A stretch of DNA of 64,000 nucleotides from positions 32,001-96,000 of IMG/VR virus record IMGVR_UViG_3300008262_000018; one strand, given 5' to 3'. The translations under genes were made by a program, and so were the position numbers. Of this stretch, positions 1 to 8,600 are shown piece by piece (position 1 is the stretch's first letter; every line of letters starts with the position of its first letter). Below the pieces are notes generated by a model. The model ran no database searches. It was not told where the DNA came from and saw nothing but the letters and a program-made list of their open reading frames with translations. This stretch comes from a virus.

Positions 1-35
1 AATATCGTGTTTAATTTAAAAACCAATAAAAATAT

Positions 36-650
36 ATGCAAAATTTAATTCAAAGATTTAATGATATTTATGAAAAAAATTTATGGGGATCTCAAGAAAG
101 TGTAAGTGGATCTGGAAGTGAACTTAGTAGCACTAAAAAATTAAGAGAAGAATTACCATTTGTTTTTGCAAAATATAATATTAAATCAATGCTTGATATT
201 CCATGTGGTGATTTTAACTGGATGAAAGAAGTTGATTTATCAAATGTTGATTACATTGGGGCAGATATTGTTCCAACAATAATCGATATAAATAAATCTA
301 AATATCCCAACTTTAAATTTAAAGTGATGGATATTACAACAAGTAGTTTACCAAAGGTAGACTTAATATTTGTTAGAGATTGTTTAGGACATTTGAGTGA
401 TCAAAATGTATTAAAAGCAATTGAAAATATTAAAGCTAGTGGAAGCAAATATCTTTTAACAACTAGTTTTACAAAATGGAATTACAACTCAAATATTGAA
501 GATGGTGGTTGGAGATGTATTAATTTATTAATTCATCCATTTAAATTAAAACCTCAGTATCTTATTAATGAAGATTGTAAAGAAGGTTACCCTTATTATA
601 ATGATAAATGTATGATTCTTTTTGATTTAGAAAATTTAAATAGTTTATGA
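36..650 (+). CDS. Class I SAM-dependent methyltransferase
   Basis: SMLDIPCGDFNW motif I, YIGADIV, DLIFVRDCLGHL. Confidence 0.8.
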   Translation: MQNLIQRFNDIYEKNLWGSQESVSGSGSELSSTKKLREELPFVFAKYNIKSMLDIPCGDFNWMKEVDLSNVDYIGADIVPTIIDINKSKYPNFKFKVMDITTSSLPKVDLIFVRDCLGHLSDQNVLKAIENIKASGSKYLLTTSFTKWNYNSNIEDGGWRCINLLIHPFKLKPQYLINEDCKEGYPYYNDKCMILFDLENLNSL

Positions 651-1405
651 CTTTACCTTTTATATCATGTAAAATGATTACATATGGTAGAGTTGAATTT
701 CTTGAAGAATCATTGTATTCATTTTTAGCACAAGATTATCCTATAGATAAATGTGAACTTATAATTGTAAATGATTATCCTTTACAAAAATTAGAATTTT
801 CATATCCAAATGTAAAAATTTTTAATTTGGATGAAACATTTAAAACAATAGGTGAAAAAGAAAATTTTGCTACAAAACAATGTAAAGGTGAAATAATATG
901 TCAATGGGATGATGATGATTTAGCATTACCAAATCATTTAAAAAATGTAGCTAAATTTTTTATTCCAGGATCAGATCTTCTTCATTGGGACATTGGAGTA
1001 TTTATGAATATGCCTATAATTGAATTTAACGATAGGCCTTTAGGAAATTCAGGAATTGTTTTTAGTAAAACCATATGGAAAAAACTTGGTGGACATCCTA
1101 TAGAAAATGCTGGATATGATATGACATTTGTTATGAATATTCGTAAAATATCTAAAAATATTGTTTATGCAAAACCACCAATAAAAGAAGCAAGTTGGAT
1201 ATATGTTTGGGGAGGTAGAGATTATCATATGAGTGGAGGTGGAGCAGAAACTGCAGATAGACCAAATGTTGTTATAAGAAATGCTCAACATGTAGAAAAA
1301 AGAAGAAAAAGAGGTGAGATTCCTACAGGAGTTATAAAGTTAAATCCTAATTGGAAATATAATTATGTTAAAATGTTACAAGAGTTTAATTCTAAAAATA
1401 TTTGA
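647..1405 (+). CDS. Glycosyltransferase family 2 (GT-A)
   Basis: ISCKMITYGR, ELIIVND, QWDDDD (DxD) motifs; 4-bp overlap with the upstream gene. Confidence 0.85.
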   Translation: MTLPFISCKMITYGRVEFLEESLYSFLAQDYPIDKCELIIVNDYPLQKLEFSYPNVKIFNLDETFKTIGEKENFATKQCKGEIICQWDDDDLALPNHLKNVAKFFIPGSDLLHWDIGVFMNMPIIEFNDRPLGNSGIVFSKTIWKKLGGHPIENAGYDMTFVMNIRKISKNIVYAKPPIKEASWIYVWGGRDYHMSGGGAETADRPNVVIRNAQHVEKRRKRGEIPTGVIKLNPNWKYNYVKMLQEFNSKNI

Positions 1406-1424
1406 GAATTTCCTAAAAATTTCA

Positions 1425-1438
1425 TATATTATATTGTA
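1425..1438 (+). promoter_or_regulatory. Putative phage promoter motif TATATTATATTGTA
   Basis: Identical 14-mer at 58903-58916 and a 13/14 match at 24985-24998; all copies are intergenic and upstream of + strand genes. Confidence 0.6.
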
Positions 1439-1492
1439 GACAACTTGTCTATAAATATACTATTATCGTACATCATTGATATTCAATAAGTT

Positions 1493-1792
1493 ATGATACC
1501 CTCTAAATCTAATCTTTCAAAAGAAAGTTGTTCTCCAATATCATCTAATTGTGTGATATGGCAAGGACCTGATATTCCTTGTTTAAATCTTTGTAATGGA
1601 GATACAGTTTCAGATATACTTTATAAACTTGCTGAAGACTACTGTAAATTTAAAGAGAGTCTTGATGTCCAAGACTTAGATATTACAGATCTATTATCTG
1701 CTTGTGGAACCAACACTCCAGCCCCACAAGATAAATCAATTGTTAAAATCCTTGAGATTATAATTGATAAGATTAACTGTTTATCAAACTAA
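1493..1792 (+). CDS. Short Cys-rich putative virion protein (possibly truncated)
   Basis: CSPISSNCVIWQGPDIPCLNLC N-terminus resembles crAss-like structural proteins; has its own promoter motif and terminator. Confidence 0.55.
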   Translation: MIPSKSNLSKESCSPISSNCVIWQGPDIPCLNLCNGDTVSDILYKLAEDYCKFKESLDVQDLDITDLLSACGTNTPAPQDKSIVKILEIIIDKINCLSN

Positions 1793-1832
1793 TAAATGTC
1801 GGAGTTTAGTTGGTTTTCTTCGACTAATCTAC

Positions 1833-1862
1833 ACCCTCCTTTTCTAGGGAGGGTTTGTTTTT
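1833..1862 (+). terminator. Rho-independent terminator
   Basis: Stem ACCCTCC/GGAGGGT followed by TTGTTTTT. Confidence 0.75.
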
Positions 1863-1894
1863 AAAACAAATTAGGAAATATAAAAAACTTAATA

Positions 1895-1903
1895 TAACTT
1901 TAC
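1895..1903 (+). promoter_or_regulatory. Bacteroidota-type -7 promoter variant TAACTTTAC
   Basis: Resembles the TAnnTTTG consensus; TTAG lies about 20 nt upstream; the same TAWCTTTAC occurs on the - strand at 50952-50960 and 51424-51432. Confidence 0.4.
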
Positions 1904-1928
1904 CAACCATAAACTAAAAACTTAATTT

Positions 1929-3116
1929 ATGAGTTTACATCACAAGGTCTATGGGACTTTAAAATGGAAAAAGTCAGATGAATATTGTGCTGCAAAATTA
2001 AACATTTCTCTCGAAGAATACAAGAAAATAAAACATAAAGTTTTAGAATCTCCCCCTCCAAAAATTACACATAAGATTATAGAGTTTAAGGAAGACGTTG
2101 AAAATGGTACAGCTGAAATAAAAGGCATTAGTTCTACAGAACCTAAATCAGCTGAGGAAATAATTGAACTCTTGAAGATTGATACTAACAAGTGGAAGCT
2201 TAGTTCTTATTGGAATAAAGAAACACATTCTGGTTGGTATGTATCAGCAATGGTTACACAGAAGAAACAAGAACCTGTTGATTATATATCTAAAGTGATT
2301 GAAAACTTTAAACCTGAATACCAACAAGTTACCACTATACACACAAATGATAAATATGAAAACCCATCAGTTGGAGTACTTTCTATTCAAGATTTACATT
2401 TTGGCAAAGAGGGCAATTTTACTATAGTAGAAGATTTTAAAAATGCTATTAGAGATTTAGTCTTGCGCGCATACGCAAGTCATAAATTAGAAAAAATTAT
2501 ATATGTTGTAGGTGGTGATCTTTTGAACATGGATAATTTTGATGGAGCTACAACAAAAGGAACACCTGTAGATAATGAACAAAGAGCATATGATGCTTAT
2601 AATGATGCATTTAATACACTATATTGGTCTGTAAATTATATCAAACAGTTTTGTAATGAGCTAGAAGTTGTTTATCTTCCAGGTAATCATGATAGACTTA
2701 GTTCATATCATATAGCTCATGCATTGTCAAAATGTTTTCAGGAGGATAGAAATATAGAATTTAATGTAGAATATTCTGAAAGAAAAGTTGTCGTCTATGG
2801 TGACAACTTTTTTGCTTTTGAACATGGGGATGTTACTAAAAAACTAACCCCTCTTGTATATGCTACCGAGTTTCCTAAACAATGGGGAAGTACAACCTAT
2901 CGTACATGTTATACAGGACACTTTCATAGCAAGAAAGTTACAGAATTTGTAACTGATAATGAGGTGCATGGGTTCTCTATAAAGCATCTTCCTTCTCTTT
3001 CTAGATCTGATTATTGGCACTATCATAATAAATTCACTGGCTCAAAACGCCAAGCTATTATGGAAATCCACGATGGAAAAAAAGGTAAAATTTCGGAGTT
3101 TACCTATAATGCCTAA
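1929..3116 (+). CDS. Calcineurin-like metallophosphoesterase with N-terminal extension
   Basis: DLHFG, GGDLL, PGNHD, EHGD and GHFH motifs. Confidence 0.85.
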   Translation: MSLHHKVYGTLKWKKSDEYCAAKLNISLEEYKKIKHKVLESPPPKITHKIIEFKEDVENGTAEIKGISSTEPKSAEEIIELLKIDTNKWKLSSYWNKETHSGWYVSAMVTQKKQEPVDYISKVIENFKPEYQQVTTIHTNDKYENPSVGVLSIQDLHFGKEGNFTIVEDFKNAIRDLVLRAYASHKLEKIIYVVGGDLLNMDNFDGATTKGTPVDNEQRAYDAYNDAFNTLYWSVNYIKQFCNELEVVYLPGNHDRLSSYHIAHALSKCFQEDRNIEFNVEYSERKVVVYGDNFFAFEHGDVTKKLTPLVYATEFPKQWGSTTYRTCYTGHFHSKKVTEFVTDNEVHGFSIKHLPSLSRSDYWHYHNKFTGSKRQAIMEIHDGKKGKISEFTYNA

Positions 3117-3171
3117 ATCTTATAAGTTTAATTTTAAAATGTTCCAAGTTTTTAGTAAATTAATAATGTAG
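3115..3171 (+). promoter_or_regulatory. Extended AT-rich regulatory element, copy 1
   Basis: Aligns over about 55 nt with 24943-25001. Confidence 0.45.
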
Positions 3172-3177
3172 ATCATT

Positions 3178-3762
3178 GTGTCAAAACCTTATAAAAAACC
3201 AGATTTAAATGCTCCTAGGTATAGATCTAAGAAATTAAATCTTACTAACGTAGACATCTATAATAAGTTCCTTGAAGAGAATCCTCATATTGAAAGAATT
3301 TGTTTAGACAAGTTTAAAGAAGTTATCAAAACTTTTAATGGTAAAATTTGGGAATCAATTATAGAAAATAGAGATGGAGTTGAATTACCAGAACAGTTAG
3401 GATATATTTTTATAGGTACTTGTCCAAGAAAAAAAAGCAATGTTGATTTTAAAAAATCTGAACATTACGGGATAACATTACAAAATCAAAACTGGGAATC
3501 AGATCAATATGTTGCTAAAATATTTTATACAAACTATGAGAGTAAGTATAAATTTAAAAATCATGAGTTATGGGGTTTTAGTGGTGTAAGAGATTTTAAA
3601 AGAAAAGTGGGTCAAACATATCCTAAAGAATGGAAGAAGTATCTTATAGTTGATAACATGGTGAGAGTTAGTAGAATATTTAGAAAACAAAGTTTTGTAC
3701 AATTTAAGAATAAAGAAACCAAAGATCTACTTAAAGATTATGATGAATTTAATCTAGATTAA
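3178..3762 (+). CDS. IHF/HU-like DNA-binding protein (crAss-like)
   Basis: EVIKTFNGKIWESIIENRDGVELPEQLGYIFI resembles the HU/IHF core; lies before the tail genes as in crAss-like phages; GTG start. Confidence 0.5.
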   Translation: MSKPYKKPDLNAPRYRSKKLNLTNVDIYNKFLEENPHIERICLDKFKEVIKTFNGKIWESIIENRDGVELPEQLGYIFIGTCPRKKSNVDFKKSEHYGITLQNQNWESDQYVAKIFYTNYESKYKFKNHELWGFSGVRDFKRKVGQTYPKEWKKYLIVDNMVRVSRIFRKQSFVQFKNKETKDLLKDYDEFNLD

Positions 3763-3763
3763 A

Positions 3764-4441
3764 ATGGCCAAAGTAACAATAGGAGATGTTTGCTCCAGAA
3801 TTCGTACTCAAGTAAAAGCAGTTAGACAAGATGCTTTGCTAACAGATCGTGTTATATACACGTTTGTTCTTAAGCATGCTAAATGGCTAATGAAGCGTGA
3901 AGATTCTAAAAGTAGGCTTCTTTCTTTTACTAGTGTGATTCAAACACTTGATTTTGTAGAATTAATAGAAGTAGATAAGGTAGAAGCAGAGTGTACAGGT
4001 ATTAGTTCTAATTGTACAATTAAAAGAACAAAAGAAAAAATTCCAGTTTTTTTACAAGGATATTGGGGTCCTTTGATTAGAAGTGTTGCTTCAATAGATG
4101 GTTCTGAACGTCTTCAACCAATTCTTCCTTCTACATATGTTTATAGTTCTAAATCAAAAAATAGCAAGTATAATAAAACAAAATACTTCTGGTATTTAAA
4201 TGACTACTTATATTTTCCTAATCTTGATTGGGATGCTGTAAAAATTGAAGGAATATTTGAAGATGATATAAGTGAATTTACATGTAAGAAAGAAGATAGT
4301 TGTATTCAAAGGCAAGATCAAGCATTTAATGTTCCTGATTACTTGTGGGGTGAAATTGAACAAAGTGTATTTAAAGATCTTGCAGGAATGCTTCAAATAC
4401 CACCTGATGCAGAAAATGATAAACAGAGTATAACTCGCTAA
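3764..4441 (+). CDS. Putative tail ring / tubular protein
   Basis: Size and synteny between the IHF-like gene and the tail stabilisation gene; YFWYLNDYLYF...KIEGIFED. Confidence 0.55.
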   Translation: MAKVTIGDVCSRIRTQVKAVRQDALLTDRVIYTFVLKHAKWLMKREDSKSRLLSFTSVIQTLDFVELIEVDKVEAECTGISSNCTIKRTKEKIPVFLQGYWGPLIRSVASIDGSERLQPILPSTYVYSSKSKNSKYNKTKYFWYLNDYLYFPNLDWDAVKIEGIFEDDISEFTCKKEDSCIQRQDQAFNVPDYLWGEIEQSVFKDLAGMLQIPPDAENDKQSITR

Positions 4442-4446
4442 TACCT

Positions 4447-5304
4447 ATGAAGACAGAATTAAAATATAGAACATTTGATCAACTTCTTACTGAGGTTATT
4501 ACTGATTTTACAATGTATAATACCGAGGGTATGATTGAACCTGGTCAGCTTATTAAAGTGGCTCAAAGAGTTAATTACGATCTTGGTCTTAGAATTCATG
4601 GAACAAAAGAAAAAGTTTTGGAAATTGAGAGTAAAAAGATGAAACTTCCTGATGATTTCTATGTTCTTAATTATGCTAAACTTTGTGGAGAGTACACATT
4701 AAGAGATCCAATTCTTCATGGTAGACATACTGAGAATGTGATAATGGATAGTTGTCCTAAGTGTGGATGTGATAGCGGATGTGAGTGTGAAGCCACTTAT
4801 GTACAAGAATGTCAAAATGGAGAGAAAATATATGTACAAGTGGTAGAAAAACGCAAACAAGAGGTAAGAACGTATAAGCAATTTGTTGATATTAAGATAG
4901 TTGCTACTACAGGTAGAACTGATGCTCTTGATAATAGCTTTCCTACAGGGTATATTAAAAATGGATTTATATATACTAACCTGGACAAAGGAAATGTATT
5001 TATTTCTTATCAAGGTGCCTTAGAAGATGATCATGGAAACTTATTAGTATTAGATCATCCTGTAATTAACGAGTATTATGAATACGCAATGAAACAACGT
5101 ATTCTTGAAAATTTGTATATGAATGGCGAAGATGTTGTTAATAAAATTCAACTTATTGAGCAACGTTTACGTCCTGCTAGAAATAATGCTTTATCTATTG
5201 TTAACACTCCTGATTTTGAAGAAATGCAACAACTTTGGGAAACAAATAGAAAAGCACAGTATTATAAGTACTACGATATGTTTAAATCATACGGAGGTTT
5301 ATAA
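4447..5304 (+). CDS. Putative tail tubular/ring protein (P22 gp4-like) with a Cys-rich insert
   Basis: Synteny; LPDDFY and YIKNGFIYTN...ISYQG..DDHGNLLVLD pattern; CPKCGCDSGCEC insert. Confidence 0.6.
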   Translation: MKTELKYRTFDQLLTEVITDFTMYNTEGMIEPGQLIKVAQRVNYDLGLRIHGTKEKVLEIESKKMKLPDDFYVLNYAKLCGEYTLRDPILHGRHTENVIMDSCPKCGCDSGCECEATYVQECQNGEKIYVQVVEKRKQEVRTYKQFVDIKIVATTGRTDALDNSFPTGYIKNGFIYTNLDKGNVFISYQGALEDDHGNLLVLDHPVINEYYEYAMKQRILENLYMNGEDVVNKIQLIEQRLRPARNNALSIVNTPDFEEMQQLWETNRKAQYYKYYDMFKSYGGL

Positions 5305-5306
5305 TT

Positions 5307-5666
5307 ATGAAATATACATTAAAAATTAAGCTACCAACATATAATTGCGAGCTTCAATTTTATGTTACAGATCAGTTAAATGCTGAAATAAACAAAGTGT
5401 ATAAAAAATATAAAGTGGACGATGTGTTTGAGGATAGTGCTGAGGGAGTGTTATTTACACCAGATATTGATAAATATATACTTTTTATAGATATTAAATA
5501 TCTTAGTCATAACACTATAGCACATGAAATTTTTCATGCGGTTGTAAAAATAACAGGAGATAGAGATATAGAAGATGAAGAGGCACAAGCTTGGTTGGTA
5601 GGACATATCACTGGAGATGTCTATAAGTTTTTAAAGAAAAAAGTAATAGAGATAACTAATGGCTGA
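5307..5666 (+). CDS. Small HExxH metallopeptidase-like protein
   Basis: TIAHEIFHAV plus downstream EAQAWL. Confidence 0.65.
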   Translation: MKYTLKIKLPTYNCELQFYVTDQLNAEINKVYKKYKVDDVFEDSAEGVLFTPDIDKYILFIDIKYLSHNTIAHEIFHAVVKITGDRDIEDEEAQAWLVGHITGDVYKFLKKKVIEITNG

Positions 5667-8600
5667 AGAAACAAATCAAAGTCAAAATGCAGGTACATCT
5701 AAAACCAATACCTTTCAAAAAGGTATGGTTAAAGATTACAACGAAACTTTTGTTGGTGAAGGTTTGTATACGCACGCGCGTAATGCCATAAATAACACTC
5801 ATCATGGACAAATTGGTGTATTAGGTAATGAACCATCTAATCTATCTTGCTACAATTTTCCATACACTGTTATAGGTGCAGTTCACATGTATGATGATAC
5901 ATGGGCTATTTTTACAACGAATGATGTAGATTCTGAAATAGGTTTATTTGATGATTCACAATGTAGTTATGAAACTATTGTAAACAATAAGTGTTTAAAT
6001 TTTAAAAAATCAAATTTAATTACAGGGGCTTATAAAGAAAGATACGATTGTGAAAGAGTTATATACTGGGATGATGGATTAAATCCTACAAGATTTTTAA
6101 ACATAGATGATATTCCTTGGAATGAAAATTGTGTTGTTCAAAATGATTGTAGAATATGTACACCAATAATTGGGGATCTTGATTGTGATCAATTAAGAAT
6201 AGCTCCTTTTGTAACTACACCTTGTATACAAGTTGAGAAAGGAAAAATAGCAGGTACTCTTCCAAATGGTTCTTATCAAGTTTGTATTGCTTATACTATT
6301 AACCAAGTGAGAATAACTGATTATATTGGTCTTAGTGAAGTGCAGCCTTTATTTAATCATCTTGGAAATAGTTCATCTTTAGAGGTTAAAATTAATACAA
6401 TTGATAAAGACAACTTTGATGAATTTGAATTAGTTGTTTATGCAACTATTAATCTTGGAACATATGCTAAAAGAATAGGTTATTATTCAACATCTCAAGG
6501 TACAATTTATATAGATAGATGGGACCCTGAGTTTGTAACTGTACCTATTGAATTAATTCCAATGCGAACAGAGCCTGTTGAAAGAACAGATGCAATGTTT
6601 CAACTAAATAACTATTTAGTAAGAACAGGACCAAGAAGTAAATATAAATTTAATTACCAGCCTCAAGCAAATAATATAATTTCAAAATGGGTGGCTGTTC
6701 AATATCCAGAAGATTATTATAGAAAAGGTGGAAATAACGCTGGATACATGCGCGATGAGCAATACGCATTTTTTATAAGATTTATATATAACACTGGGGA
6801 TAGATCAGAGTCTTTTCATATTCCAGGAAGAGCTACTTTTGTTGGGGATAGGACTATTGTAACAGGTGATGATATTTATGAAACTATACCTGTTGAAAAA
6901 TGGAAAGCTTATAATACAGGCACTGTTATTCCATCTGCTCCTATTCCACAATTACCTGATGGTGGTATTCCATTAGCGCAAGGATATATGGGATATTGGG
7001 AAGCAGAATCTGAATTTTATCCTGATGATAAACCTGATATATGGGGAAATCTTTGTGGTAAAAAAATTAGACATCACAAAATGCCTGATGAAACAGTTGA
7101 TCCTATTCTATCTACATTTAGACCTGGAGGTAAATCAATTGTTTTATTAGGTGTAAGATTTGAAAATATAACTCCTCCTTTAGATGAAAATGGTAATCCT
7201 ATTACATCAATTGTTGCATATGAAATATTAAGAGGATCAAGAGAGGGAAATAAAACAATACTTGCAAAGGGTATTATAAACAATATGTTTGAATACCCTA
7301 TTCCAGGAAATAATCTTGTAAAAGGATTATTTCAAAACTATCCTTATAACGATTTAAGAGCTGATTCATATCTTACTACAAAAAGACAAACATCAAATAC
7401 TGGTGATCCCTTTCCAGCTTCTACTGTAAACAATACTACAGCACCAAAATTAAATACTGTTAAAAGAGATATATTTTCCTTTCATGGTCCTGATGTTGTT
7501 TTTAGTAATCCTTTTTTATCAGCAAATGAATTAAAACTATATTCAGAATTTAATGGTAAACAGTTAGGTATATTTGCTGTTCCGTTTAGACATCCTAGAT
7601 TTAAAGTGATATCAAATGCTCCAGCAATTGTTGCAGACCTTATAGCTTTAGCTGATACCATTTCATCAGCAGCAAATATTGTTGCAACTATTGTAGGAAC
7701 TCAAGGTAGTACTTCATCAAACACCTTAAGTTTTTCAGGAACAGAAGGATTACCACTTATTTTTCAATATGGTCCTTTAAAAAGACCACCAGCTCCACCA
7801 TCTGAAGATAGTGTTACTAGTGGAGGTGTAAATAGAGCTTTGAACTATGCATTGTGGGCACTTGAACTAGTTGGCTGGGCTACACAAACATTAGCATTAA
7901 TAAAACTTGAACTTGCAATGCAATCTGCTAAAGCTGAAAAACTATTGGATGTTTTAAAGTATATTATTCCAAATGTTCAATATGCAAGACAATATAGATC
8001 ACATGGATTATATGATAATTTTAAATCTTTACAAACAAATAATACTCGAAGATCGCTTGTAGAAGCAAATTATATTTTTCCTCAAATACAGCAATTTACT
8101 TTAGACTATCAGGTAAATAATATTAACAGAAGTCAATACGTTTGTTTACAGTTAGACAAAGTGTTAGCAGATCCTTTAACACAAGATACTAGCAAATTTT
8201 TATTAAGTGATGTTGGTTGTGATGATGGATCTGATCATGAAAGACCTATATCATCTTATTATGGAGCTCTTAAGATACCTATTCCTAATCAATATGGTCA
8301 GTTATGGACAATTAAACAACTTCCAATTAATTCAAATTGTTTAACTCAAATAAAACCATCATTTACATCTGTAACTTCTCCTATACTTTTTGGAGGAGAT
8401 GTGTATATAACAAGATTTACAGAAAAGAATACTATGTTCTTTTTTGATAATTGGTTAGTAGGTGAACCTGATGAAGCTTTAATTGATTATACTTATTATA
8501 CAAACATTCCTTGGCCAAGACATTGGATAAATACAGAACCTCAAAAATTAGTATCACTTACAAATACTCCTGCTGTATATAGATCATTAGATTGTAATCA

